DNA of 58,229 nucleotides from Kiritimatiellia bacterium. Its GTDB lineage: Bacteria > Verrucomicrobiota > Kiritimatiellia > RFP12 > UBA1067. The notes beneath the pieces are model-generated. The model made no database searches, was not told where the DNA came from, and worked only from the letters and a program-made list of their open reading frames with translations. Below, piece after piece: positions 17,845-25,211 of the stretch. The stretch lies in the NCBI GenBank assembly GCA_017631385.1, contig JAGBTH010000140.1, positions 1 through 58,229 of the forward strand, in the 5' to 3' direction. The position numbers and the translations under genes are program-made. The stretch's first letter is position 1, and every line of letters begins with the position of its first letter.

Positions 17845-18807
17845 TTATTCTCCTTCGTAAATGCGGTCGATAATTACTCCATCAACGTTAAAGTCAAGCA
17901 GGATGCTTCTCTCACGTCCGTTTACAAAATCGCGTCTTCTAGCGTTATTGTAATATCCATCGTAAATGCCGAAATCTACAAAGCTATCGATCGTAGGATC
18001 TTTCGGATCATAGCGCCAGCCTACAACCTGACCAGCCTTAGACTTAGGGATGCCGAGCATTTCATATACCTCGTTCAAGAATAAATATCCCTCGCGCTCG
18101 AGTCTCTTGCTAGCCTCGGCCTGCTGCATCTTAAGGAACGTGAGATTATAGCCGGGATCTTTGGTCCAGCCAGCGCAATACTCGTCGAAGAACCTAGCGT
18201 AATCACTAACGTTTCTAGGATCAAGCTCGTTTACGGTGGTTTTAACCTTTTTTTCCTTGCCGTTTTCGTCTACGACAACTTCCTCGACCTCTTTCACCTT
18301 GATGTTGTGTCTGAGTTCGCGATCGATCTCCTTGCCGAATCGGTCGACGACACGACCTCTATATTCCTTGAAGCTCTTATCGATGGTTGCGTAAGCAGCG
18401 GCAGTAGCGATGTAACGCTTACGAAGGATGCCGTGAGATGTCAGCATGCAGCCAAGGGATGCCGCGCCGAGAATAACCGCGGGGCCATAAAGCTTGGCAA
18501 GCTTGACACCCGTATGTGCGTATGTGATAGTGAGATCCTTTTTGCTATCTTCCGCAGTATATTCTCTACCATCGGCGGTCGCACCTTTCTCGGTGGCAGT
18601 GTGGATCTCTTCGATGGTTTTCTTTGATTCGGATATAACATCCGTGACCTTCAGCGTTGCCTTACAAGCCAGAACGGCACTCGCCACAACACCAACGGTT
18701 CCGGCTACTGCGAGAATCTCGGGACTATGTTTCTTGAGCTGGAACCCGGTTTTGTAAAATGCTCTGCTCACACCTGAGATAATTTGTGCTTTAGTCATTT
18801 TTATCAT
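17845..18807 (-). CDS. paralogous TM-anchored protein, family member 1 (320 aa)
   Basis: N-terminus KKHSPEILAVAGTVGVVASAVLACKATLKV plus the C-terminal GIPKSKAGQVVGW domain. It resembles what I recall as a DUF6353-type family, which is unverified. Confidence 0.65.
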   Translation of the reverse strand: MIKMTKAQIISGVSRAFYKTGFQLKKHSPEILAVAGTVGVVASAVLACKATLKVTDVISESKKTIEEIHTATEKGATADGREYTAEDSKKDLTITYAHTGVKLAKLYGPAVILGAASLGCMLTSHGILRKRYIATAAAYATIDKSFKEYRGRVVDRFGKEIDRELRHNIKVKEVEEVVVDENGKEKKVKTTVNELDPRNVSDYARFFDEYCAGWTKDPGYNLTFLKMQQAEASKRLEREGYLFLNEVYEMLGIPKSKAGQVVGWRYDPKDPTIDSFVDFGIYDGYYNNARRRDFVNGRERSILLDFNVDGVIIDRIYEGE

Positions 18808-19063
18808 TCTCCTTTTTGTTTTCTTCTTCGAGTTTTCTTACGTGATCTATAAGATACTGAAGATACCACTTTGCTTTCTCCAGATCCTGAAGACCGTTCT
18901 TACCCTTCCATCGGCAAATATACTTTAATACGTTGCCGGTACAAACCGCCTCAATCCCCTTTAAATCAAACGTAAAAGCCTCGATGGCGGTTATAACCTC
19001 GAGACCCGTTTCGGACTGATAGTGGGGCGGATGCGATACCATTACGTCTGTTGAGTCGTACAT
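18791..19063 (-). CDS. DUF3310-like phage protein
   Basis: HPPHYQ...LEVITAIEAF...NVLKYICRWKGKNGLQDLEKAKWYL. Confidence 0.7.
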   Translation of the reverse strand: MYDSTDVMVSHPPHYQSETGLEVITAIEAFTFDLKGIEAVCTGNVLKYICRWKGKNGLQDLEKAKWYLQYLIDHVRKLEEENKKENDKND

Positions 19064-19076
19064 AAATATCGCCTCC

Positions 19077-19250
19077 TTAGAATAATCTGCATATAAGCTT
19101 GACCGTGAGCGCCACTAAGAGAGCCATGGTGCATCCGGATACGGTTACGCCGAGAGCTACGCCTATAGCGTTTCCGATCTTTTTAGCTGCGGTGTTATTG
19201 GTTTCGCAGCAACGCGTGTCTTCGCTCTGATAAATATCCTTGTTGTTCAT
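19077..19250 (-). CDS. 57-aa membrane protein (not in the ORF track)
   Basis: GGAGGAACGT-ATG. Translation: MNNKDIYQSEDTRCCETNNTAAKKIGNAIGVALGVTVSGCTMALLVALTVKLICRLF. Confidence 0.5.
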   Translation of the reverse strand: MNNKDIYQSEDTRCCETNNTAAKKIGNAIGVALGVTVSGCTMALLVALTVKLICRLF

Positions 19251-19263
19251 ACGTTCCTCCTTA

Positions 19264-19863
19264 TTAATCTATGGGTTTAGCTTTGGGTAACTTGATAATA
19301 TAACCGTCTCTACCGCGGACGACTTCTGCCGTGGTGAGGTTTGTCCATCCGTAACGGTTACTGGTGTACGGAGCTGTTAACTCGGACATGTCGTACATGT
19401 CGGCGATGGTTACAAGCTTGTAATGGTCGATCATTTCTTCCATTCCGCTTAACACGGCCTCAGCCTCGCCTCGAGTGTCGTATACGATCTCGTCGACGTC
19501 GAAACGCGGTCTTGACGATGCGGCCGCTCGCCAATCGCCGTCTCTACCCTTATCGTAGTATGCTCCGTAAGATATACGGTCGCCGCTAGAACGCTTCTTA
19601 GAGCGTCCATTACTGCCATACAGAACCATGTCGATACCGTTGGTTACGATATCGGATATAGCCTTCTTTATTGCAGGTACAAGGACATCAAGTAATACGT
19701 AAGACTTTACGTTTTTGATATCCTCAGAAATAAACACACCAGCAAGCTTGGATACTTCGCTTTTCTTCTTAACCTTGCCGCTAGCTATTTTTTCCACCTT
19801 TCTCTCCTCGGTGGGTTCCGCCTTTGATTTGTGAGAGTTTGGTTTGAGATTATCTATATCCAT
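19264..19863 (-). CDS. hypothetical conserved phage protein (199 aa)
   Basis: ORF with RBS GGAGAAT. Confidence 0.6.
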   Translation of the reverse strand: MDIDNLKPNSHKSKAEPTEERKVEKIASGKVKKKSEVSKLAGVFISEDIKNVKSYVLLDVLVPAIKKAISDIVTNGIDMVLYGSNGRSKKRSSGDRISYGAYYDKGRDGDWRAAASSRPRFDVDEIVYDTRGEAEAVLSGMEEMIDHYKLVTIADMYDMSELTAPYTSNRYGWTNLTTAEVVRGRDGYIIKLPKAKPID

Positions 19864-19878
19864 TTACCAATTCTCCTT

Positions 19879-20070
19879 TCATTTAACAAGTTTTATTGGA
19901 CCGGGCAATGTGATTCTGGTTGCCGGTACTCTATTATGTTTTGTTTTAAATTGATATGTTAGATTAGATCGCGCTTTTTCCTCCGACGGTGCGCGGGTGG
20001 TTGATGACCAACGATCCATAATCAATCTATCAAATTCATAAACCGGGCCATCATACGAATATACATGCAT
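19879..20070 (-). CDS. hypothetical protein (63 aa)
   Basis: RBS AAGGAGG. Confidence 0.55.
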   Translation of the reverse strand: MHVYSYDGPVYEFDRLIMDRWSSTTRAPSEEKARSNLTYQFKTKHNRVPATRITLPGPIKLVK

Positions 20071-20081
20071 ATAGCCTCCTT

Positions 20082-20120
20082 AAAAATAAAAAGAGAATAC
20101 CTTGATTTAGTATCCTCTTT
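20082..20120 (-). terminator. rho-independent terminator
   Basis: Minus strand: AAGAGGATAC-loop-GTATTCTCTT + TTTATTTTT. Confidence 0.65.
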
Positions 20121-20148
20121 TATCGTTAAACACCTTTATTAATATTTA

Positions 20149-20385
20149 TCACTTGGTGTTTTCGGAATCGGTCTCGTCAACGTCACCCTCGATATCGCCT
20201 TCGATGGCGTCCTTCTTAGCCTTCTTAGCCTTAATCATATTCATAACCTTCAGACCGAGTGCCGCTATAGTTGCGGTAACAAGTCCGAACGCTACAAACT
20301 TCTTAAAACCTCCGTTTGCGTTAGAAGTAACAGCCTCAACCGCTACATCGTTCGTAGTTTCGTTTACAATGATCTCGTTTTCCAT
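20149..20385 (-). CDS. 78-aa membrane protein with acidic tail
   Basis: Start trimmed to MENEII (RBS AAGGAGAAACAAA). The longer ORF would overlap the preceding gene and the motif at 20429..20457. Confidence 0.6.
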   Translation of the reverse strand: MENEIIVNETTNDVAVEAVTSNANGGFKKFVAFGLVTATIAALGLKVMNMIKAKKAKKDAIEGDIEGDVDETDSENTK

Positions 20386-20428
20386 TTTGTTTCTCCTTAT
20401 GTAAAATATTTTTATTGGGGTGTTATCC

Positions 20429-20457
20429 CTCATAATACCGTTTGTTTTTTTCGCGTT
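20429..20457 (-). promoter_or_regulatory. tripartite promoter-like motif, copy 3
   Basis: Minus strand: AACGCG-AAAAAAACAAACGGTAT-TATGAG. Confidence 0.55.
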
Positions 20458-20458
20458 A

Positions 20459-21229
20459 TCATTCGAAATGGTGCTTTGGCGGACGTACATAATCAAGCAC
20501 GATACAAGGTCTATCGTACTCGTCCTTACCCGGATTGTAGTCGATCTCGATGAGACCGTCGGCAAGATTCCAACCAATATAATCGCTGATATCGGTTTTC
20601 TCCAGACCGATCTCGTAATAGAAATCGGTTAAGGATATGGATCCGCTCATATCAAACATCATTTGTCGGTTGAGCTCATTTACAACCCTTTTGACCTTGT
20701 CGATATCATGCTTAAAATATCTTTTCGATACTGGATCGCAGAATAGTGTATCGCCTTTATCCGTGATATACACCTCATGCTTGCTTATCGGGTTTTCATC
20801 AAGCCTTTTCTGACTGACCTTTTCGCGAACCTCTCGTTCCTTTTTTTCACCGATCGTCTCGATGACTTTTTCTCGATATTCGGTAAGAGCAGTCTCCGAA
20901 ATCTTATAAGCGGTTGCTAGTGCTGCGTTTCTACGAAGATTCACGGATGTAGCGCCGAATATGCAACCACCCGAAACCACTCCGATTACGGCAGCCGGAA
21001 TATAACACCTCCAGCAGGTTTTGATGGTTTCTATCGGCGTTAACTCTTCCCTATCTTCCTCAAACTTACGATCGTCTATCAGCCGTAAAGCTTTTGGCGT
21101 AGCTTTTACTGCTAATACGGTCGAGGTGATCATACCAGCAACGCCAATACCGGTTAGGATTTCCGGACTGTGTTTGGATATCGACGACCCAACGCCTTTT
21201 ACAAGTTTCGTGAAATTTAACTTATTCAA
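20459..21229 (-). CDS. paralogous TM-anchored protein, family member 2 (256 aa)
   Basis: N-terminus SKHSPEILTGIGVAGMITSTVLAVKATPKA. TTG start behind AAAGGAG. Confidence 0.65.
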   Translation of the reverse strand: MNKLNFTKLVKGVGSSISKHSPEILTGIGVAGMITSTVLAVKATPKALRLIDDRKFEEDREELTPIETIKTCWRCYIPAAVIGVVSGGCIFGATSVNLRRNAALATAYKISETALTEYREKVIETIGEKKEREVREKVSQKRLDENPISKHEVYITDKGDTLFCDPVSKRYFKHDIDKVKRVVNELNRQMMFDMSGSISLTDFYYEIGLEKTDISDYIGWNLADGLIEIDYNPGKDEYDRPCIVLDYVRPPKHHFE

Positions 21230-21247
21230 TTAGATGACTCCTTTCGT

Positions 21248-21279
21248 AAAAATAAAAGAGTCCGAATAGACCCCTTTAT
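21248..21279 (-). terminator. rho-independent terminator
   Basis: Minus strand: AAGGGGTC-TATTCG-GACTCTTT + TATTTTT (stem includes G-U pairs). Confidence 0.5.
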
Positions 21280-21287
21280 CTGTTTTT

Positions 21288-21512
21288 TTATTTAGCAAGC
21301 TTATCGTCGATCATGCCTTCGACCAGTTTCAGTAGTTCTTGCTTATCTGCTTCTGCCTTCTGTACCTTAACCTTTTCGGCAATTATATTTCCGCCAAAAG
21401 TCATGATTATGCCAAGAACCGGTAATAACTTCTTAAGAAAATTAACCAACGCTATCGCCTCCTTTCCATAATATAAGTTGTCGCTTTCGCGGTCGTTAAT
21501 ATAAATACTCAA
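21288..21512 (-). CDS. 74-aa membrane protein
   Basis: Central hydrophobic helix LLPVLGIIMTFGGNII. Confidence 0.55.
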   Translation of the reverse strand: MSIYINDRESDNLYYGKEAIALVNFLKKLLPVLGIIMTFGGNIIAEKVKVQKAEADKQELLKLVEGMIDDKLAK

Positions 21513-22257
21513 TTATAGGGTCGTTGTCGATTATTACTATATAACCTTCCATACCGTCTGCAAATTTGACCTTTTCGTGTCTAAATTCAATGCTCGCATG
21601 ATTATAGAACTCCCGCATGGAATCTATAGACCATCCGACCTCGGCGCCATACTCAGTTCGAGCGAGACCAACCATGTCGTAGAAGTCGTTTAGACAAATA
21701 TAACCGCGGGTCTCGAAATCCGCATTAAATTGCCGTTCTACATTTAATAGATCTTCGATGGTTGATTCAAAGAATCGAAGAGAGTGATTATCAAAGAATA
21801 TAAGATTTTCTTTGGTTACAGAATTTTCGAAATCATCATATTCGTCTTTCATGATTTCTTTCCGAACTCGATCATCGGCGTCATCGCCATATAGTTCCTT
21901 GACTTTTTCTCTATATTTTTTAAACGATACATCCAAAAGCGCGTACGCGCTCATTAAAGAAGCTTGTCTGTGTTTATTCAATATATTTGCCCCAACTATA
22001 CAAGCCACCGTGGAAACACCGGTTATAACCGTCGGAATATATGCGGGACTAGCCGCAACAACGGTTTCTAGTTTCGTGAGTTTTTCGCCCTTATCGACCT
22101 CCGCCTCGACCACCAAGCAAATAGCTTTGGGTGTAGCTTTAGCCGCTAACACGGCAGTGGCAACCACGCCAATACCGCCTACGCAAGTTAATATAGTGGA
22201 TGCGTTTTTATGAAGAAACTTACCGGCTTCCGACCCAATCTTTTGTAAAAATGACAT
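21496..22257 (-). CDS. paralogous TM-anchored protein, family member 3 (253 aa)
   Basis: N-terminus NASTILTCVGGIGVVATAVLAAKATPKA and C-terminal ...YGAEVGW. Confidence 0.65.
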   Translation of the reverse strand: MSFLQKIGSEAGKFLHKNASTILTCVGGIGVVATAVLAAKATPKAICLVVEAEVDKGEKLTKLETVVAASPAYIPTVITGVSTVACIVGANILNKHRQASLMSAYALLDVSFKKYREKVKELYGDDADDRVRKEIMKDEYDDFENSVTKENLIFFDNHSLRFFESTIEDLLNVERQFNADFETRGYICLNDFYDMVGLARTEYGAEVGWSIDSMREFYNHASIEFRHEKVKFADGMEGYIVIIDNDPIIEYLY

Positions 22258-22283
22258 GCGATATAAACCTCCTTTCAGAAAAC

Positions 22284-22313
22284 TAAAAATAAGAGAGTTT
22301 GATCACCCTCTTA
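22284..22313 (-). terminator. rho-independent terminator
   Basis: Minus strand: AGAGGGT-GATCAA-ACTCTCT + TATTTTT. Confidence 0.55.
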
Positions 22314-22487
22314 TCTCTTTTTAACTTTTATAATAATTTCGTCGTTTTCGACATAAGCCTCCAACTTGACGTTCTCAGGATGGTCAAATACTTCCTTCAA
22401 GATAGGACACTTACGTTTAATTGTAATTAATCCTATTCTGCTTATTAAGTTCTTAAACCACTCCTTAATTGTCTCGATAGTTTTCAT
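22311..22487 (-). CDS. 58-aa protein (not in the ORF track)
   Basis: AAGGAGGTATAGC-ATG. Translation: MKTIETIKEWFKNLISRIGLITIKRKCPILKEVFDHPENVKLEAYVENDEIIIKVKKR. Confidence 0.5.
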   Translation of the reverse strand: MKTIETIKEWFKNLISRIGLITIKRKCPILKEVFDHPENVKLEAYVENDEIIIKVKKR

Positions 22488-22517
22488 GCTATACCTCCTT
22501 CATAAAAGTTTATTTAT

Positions 22518-22546
22518 TTCATAAAGGGGTATGTTTTTTTCGCGAG
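22518..22546 (-). promoter_or_regulatory. tripartite promoter-like motif, copy 4
   Basis: Minus strand: CTCGCG-AAAAAAACATACCCCTT-TATGAA. Confidence 0.6.
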
Positions 22547-22554
22547 TCGACAGC

Positions 22555-22586
22555 CGCAAAAAGAAGAGACTTTATAGTCCCCTCTT
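22555..22586 (-). terminator. rho-independent terminator
   Basis: Minus strand: AGAGGGGAC-TATAAA-GTCTCTTCT + TTTT. Confidence 0.6.
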
Positions 22587-22820
22587 TTTTATTAGTTTCT
22601 TCTCGCTCCTTAAGTACCTACGCGTTTTCTTCTCTAATTTAGCTACATCCTTATCGTGTCGTTTAATCATTTTATCAGCCACACGCTGTCCGAGCTCATA
22701 TCCGGATTTAAACATGCAACCCAAAGCTACTATGCCTATTACGCACATTAAGCTTATAGAATCCGCATGTATGATAGGTGTTGCTCTAGCGGTCGAACTG
22801 ATTTTTACATATTCGTCCAT
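22572..22820 (-). CDS. 82-aa membrane protein
   Basis: Hydrophobic helix LMCVIGIVALGCMF and a basic tail. Confidence 0.6.
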   Translation of the reverse strand: MDEYVKISSTARATPIIHADSISLMCVIGIVALGCMFKSGYELGQRVADKMIKRHDKDVAKLEKKTRRYLRSEKKLIKKRGL

Positions 22821-22858
22821 GATATTACCTCCTTAATTAAATTTTCGAACACATGGTC

Positions 22859-22887
22859 CTCATAAAATAGCCTGCGTTTTCCGCGAC
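22859..22887 (-). promoter_or_regulatory. tripartite promoter-like motif, copy 5
   Basis: Minus strand: GTCGCG-GAAAACGCAGGCTATTT-TATGAG. Confidence 0.55.
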
Positions 22888-23247
22888 TTAAATATCGCGT
22901 CTATCGAAACAGGTCTCCCAACGTTCTTTTGGGATAGGCTTCATCTTCAAAGCCCACATCGTTTGACGAATTGTCACGGTTGGATATAACCCGTCCTTAC
23001 TTTCTCCAGAACGATCGCCAAAGAATTCTTTGAACTTCGGGTGTAAATATATGTCGTCCGTTAACCAAGGATCTATTGCGTCCCACCAGGTGCTTTTAGA
23101 GCCAGCATCATATCGTTGCTGTATTATAGCTAAACCTCTATCTTGAACTTTAAGTAATGTGCATCTATCGTATACCGGATGATCGCAATAATATATGGAT
23201 CCATACATAGACGAAAATATAGATGGTTTCTCGTAGTGGTATCTCAT
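22888..23247 (-). CDS. hypothetical protein (119 aa)
   Basis: ORF with no recognised motif. Confidence 0.6.
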   Translation of the reverse strand: MRYHYEKPSIFSSMYGSIYYCDHPVYDRCTLLKVQDRGLAIIQQRYDAGSKSTWWDAIDPWLTDDIYLHPKFKEFFGDRSGESKDGLYPTVTIRQTMWALKMKPIPKERWETCFDRRDI

Positions 23248-23261
23248 GGGTCACCTCGAAA

Positions 23262-23292
23262 ACAAAAAGAAGAGACCGTTAAGTCCCCTCTT
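23262..23292 (-). terminator. rho-independent terminator (29-nt core identical to 24938..24966)
   Basis: Minus strand: AGAGGGGAC-TTAACG-GTCTCTTCT + TTTT. Confidence 0.65.
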
Positions 23293-23304
23293 TTTAAGTT
23301 GTAT

Positions 23305-23832
23305 TTACTTCGTTTTCGGGAGAAGTTTGTTAATAAATCCTCTTCCCATTATTGTTGTAACGCTTCCAGTCTCTTCAAACTTCAAAGATTTCAACGTTCC
23401 CCAAATCGTAATTAACGACGGAACCACGATGCCGGTTACCGCTATGATATTTCGAATCAATCGATCCTTATCCTCGCTCTCAGCCTGCTTAGCCTTCAAA
23501 GAGTTTTCAAACTCCGTAACAGCATTAGCGCTTTCGTTCTGCTTGGTCTTGAGGTCCCGCTCAAATTCGGCTGCTAACTCTGCAACCTTAACTTGACGCT
23601 CCTTCAATTCCCGCTCGATTTCAGCAGCTTCTTCTGCATACTTCTGCTTTTCGGCTCTCTCTAGGGCTTCGGCTTCAAGCTTATCTATCTCGATCGCTCG
23701 ATCTACAAGCTTAACCAGTCCTTCGACCGTCACTTTGTACTCATCGGTACCAACGCTCATCTCCTTCAGATATTTCATTTCGTCCTGGATTTCGTCACGT
23801 AATAACTGCCTCATTTCATTATCCATGTTCAA
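23305..23832 (-). CDS. coiled-coil protein with C-terminal membrane anchor (175 aa)
   Basis: E/K/A-rich heptads followed by IIAVTGIVVPSLITIWG. Confidence 0.6.
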   Translation of the reverse strand: MNMDNEMRQLLRDEIQDEMKYLKEMSVGTDEYKVTVEGLVKLVDRAIEIDKLEAEALERAEKQKYAEEAAEIERELKERQVKVAELAAEFERDLKTKQNESANAVTEFENSLKAKQAESEDKDRLIRNIIAVTGIVVPSLITIWGTLKSLKFEETGSVTTIMGRGFINKLLPKTK

Positions 23833-23858
23833 TCCTCCTTTTTAATAAGTTAATACGT

Positions 23859-23887
23859 CTCACAATAGAGGTTGTCATTATTGCGAA
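23859..23887 (-). promoter_or_regulatory. tripartite promoter-like motif, degenerate copy 6
   Basis: Minus strand: TTCGCA-ATAATGACAACCTCTAT-TGTGAG. Same spacing and CA position, with two substitutions. Confidence 0.4.
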
Positions 23888-24090
23888 AGATCGGCGTTAT
23901 TATCGACCTTAAGAACGACTATGCGTTTCTTAGGCAATTTATCCAGATCATCGACACAGAGACGATATATGTCTTTTTCCGGATTAGAATGATCGATCTT
24001 AAGAGTTCCGATTCTCGATTGGGCGACAAATATAATCCATCCAATAAGACATCCGACGATCATTCCTATTACATAAAATAGAAATTCCAT
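23878..24090 (-). CDS. 70-aa membrane protein
   Basis: N-terminal helix FLFYVIGMIVGCLIGWIIFV. Confidence 0.6.
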   Translation of the reverse strand: MEFLFYVIGMIVGCLIGWIIFVAQSRIGTLKIDHSNPEKDIYRLCVDDLDKLPKKRIVVLKVDNNADLSQ

Positions 24091-24217
24091 GCTGACTCCT
24101 TTCTAAAAGTTTTTCGAAAAACCCAACCCGGGATTTTTTCACACTACTAAAATAGCACCGTATTCGGTAACCTACGTACGGGAAAATATAATCTAGATTA
24201 AAAACTTCTAACCTAGA

Positions 24218-24254
24218 ATAAAAAGAAAGAGCCTAAGTTTTTCACTTAGACTCG
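24218..24254 (-). terminator. rho-independent terminator
   Basis: Minus strand: GAGTCTAAG-TGAAAAA-CTTAGGCTC + TTTCTTTTTATT. Confidence 0.7.
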
Positions 24255-24260
24255 ATTTCT

Positions 24261-24455
24261 TTAGGCCTTTGTATCCTCTTTGGATACCAATTTATCGCCA
24301 CAGTACAATTCAAATCCCTGTCCAGGCCATGTATCTTGGGCTTCCTGATACTTTGCTATCGCTTCATCCGTAGTTCCCTTAAACCACAGAATCCTTTTCT
24401 CTTTCAAAGTCTTGATTGTCCAATTGTAGACCTTATTGTTTTTAGTTACTGCCAT
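24261..24455 (-). CDS. hypothetical protein (64 aa)
   Basis: RBS GGAGGT. Confidence 0.6.
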   Translation of the reverse strand: MAVTKNNKVYNWTIKTLKEKRILWFKGTTDEAIAKYQEAQDTWPGQGFELYCGDKLVSKEDTKA

Positions 24456-24485
24456 CGTTAAATACCTCCAAAATTTTTATTATTG

Positions 24486-24514
24486 GCCATAAAAGGCAGT
24501 GCTAAGTTCGCGAT
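24486..24514 (-). promoter_or_regulatory. tripartite promoter-like motif, copy 7
   Basis: Minus strand: ATCGCG-AACTTAGCACTGCCTTT-TATGGC. Confidence 0.5.
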
Positions 24515-24520
24515 GATTAT

Positions 24521-24556
24521 AAATAAAAAGGAGAGACCTTGTTAAGATCCCTCGCT
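24521..24556 (-). terminator. rho-independent terminator
   Basis: Minus strand: GAGGGATC-TTAACAA-GGTCTCTC + CTTTTTATTT. Confidence 0.55.
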
Positions 24557-24715
24557 TTTAGATTGTTTCTTAAATATCGATTTAAGACGATTCTTTACTG
24601 AGTTGATAATTATTTGCTCTTTGCCTTCTATTTTTCCTTGGTATGCCTTAACGGCTAAATAACTAGCCAACGAGCACGCCGCGGATAATGTAATTCTACC
24701 TATAATTTTACCCAT
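24542..24715 (-). CDS. 57-aa membrane protein
   Basis: Start trimmed to MGKIIGRITLSAACSLASYLAV (RBS AAAGGAGGCG). The longer ORF would run through the motif and the terminator. Confidence 0.5.
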   Translation of the reverse strand: MGKIIGRITLSAACSLASYLAVKAYQGKIEGKEQIIINSVKNRLKSIFKKQSKSEGS

Positions 24716-24730
24716 ATAATATCGCCTCCT

Positions 24731-24759
24731 TTCATAAATGAGGGTGTTTGCTTCGCGAA
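24731..24759 (-). promoter_or_regulatory. tripartite promoter-like motif, copy 8
   Basis: Minus strand: TTCGCG-AAGCAAACACCCTCATT-TATGAA. The 3' box directly abuts the SD sequence AGGAGG. Confidence 0.6.
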
Positions 24760-24788
24760 AAGAAGAGGTCGTGTTTAAACCTCTCTTT
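24757..24788 (-). terminator. rho-independent terminator fused to motif copy 8
   Basis: Minus strand: AGAGAGGT-loop-ACCTCTTCT + TTT, running straight into TCGCG. Confidence 0.55.
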
Positions 24789-24811
24789 TTCAATTGAACG
24801 TATATATAAAA

Positions 24812-24892
24812 TCATCTTCCATTTATTACGGCTAACGATACGTATATAAACATCATAGCACCAACAACACCGTAAAATATATCTGTGATCAT
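24812..24892 (-). CDS. 26-aa hydrophobic peptide (speculative)
   Basis: GGAGGATGTATT-ATG. Translation: MITDIFYGVVGAMMFIYVSLAVINGR. It sits between its own motif (24906..24934) and its own terminator. Confidence 0.3.
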   Translation of the reverse strand: MITDIFYGVVGAMMFIYVSLAVINGR

Positions 24893-24905
24893 AATACATC
24901 CTCCT

Positions 24906-24934
24906 TTCATAAGAACCAATGTAAAAACCACGAA
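24906..24934 (-). promoter_or_regulatory. tripartite promoter-like motif, variant copy 9
   Basis: Minus strand: TTCGTG-GTTTTTACATTGGTTCT-TATGAA. The 3' box abuts the SD sequence AGGAGG. Confidence 0.45.
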
Positions 24935-24935
24935 C

Positions 24936-24966
24936 AAAAAAAGAAGAGACCGTTAAGTCCCCTCTT
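24936..24966 (-). terminator. rho-independent terminator (29-nt core identical to 23264..23292)
   Basis: AAAAAGAAGAGACCGTTAAGTCCCCTCTT on the plus strand at 24938..24966. Confidence 0.65.
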
Positions 24967-25034
24967 CGATACCTCTAATTAACATTAGATGATCAGGTAT
25001 GCTAAATAATTGATTTGTAATTATTCGACGCGCA

Positions 25035-25157
25035 TCATATAGTTCCAACAAAGTTGACAATGTCGCATATTACATCGGCAATAATCACAATGTGGCTAAA
25101 CGCCGCACACAGTATAACAAATCCAATCACAACATTAAGCATATTAAAGTTTTTCAT
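25035..25157 (-). CDS. 40-aa membrane peptide
   Basis: Start trimmed to MKNFNMLNVVIGFVILCAAFSHIVIIADVICDIVNFVGTI (RBS AAAGGAGAAC). The longer ORF would cover the motif at 25183..25211. Confidence 0.45.
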   Translation of the reverse strand: MKNFNMLNVVIGFVILCAAFSHIVIIADVICDIVNFVGTI

Positions 25158-25182
25158 AATAGTTCTCCTTTTAGGTTTTGTT

Positions 25183-25211
25183 TTCATAAAGGAGCATGTT
25201 AATTTCGCGAT
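25183..25211 (-). promoter_or_regulatory. tripartite promoter-like motif, copy 10
   Basis: Minus strand: ATCGCG-AAATTAACATGCTCCTT-TATGAA. It overlaps the 3' end of the regulator gene. Confidence 0.6.

Noticed and set aside
24091-24260. 170-nt gap inspected for a tRNA or small structured RNA
   Set aside because: No cloverleaf, T-loop (GTTCRANNC) or acceptor pairing is visible. The gap contains a terminator (24218..24254), short palindromes (TTTTTCGAAAAA, CCCGGG) and a weak sigma-70-like TTAGAA/TATATT pair with a 15-nt spacer.
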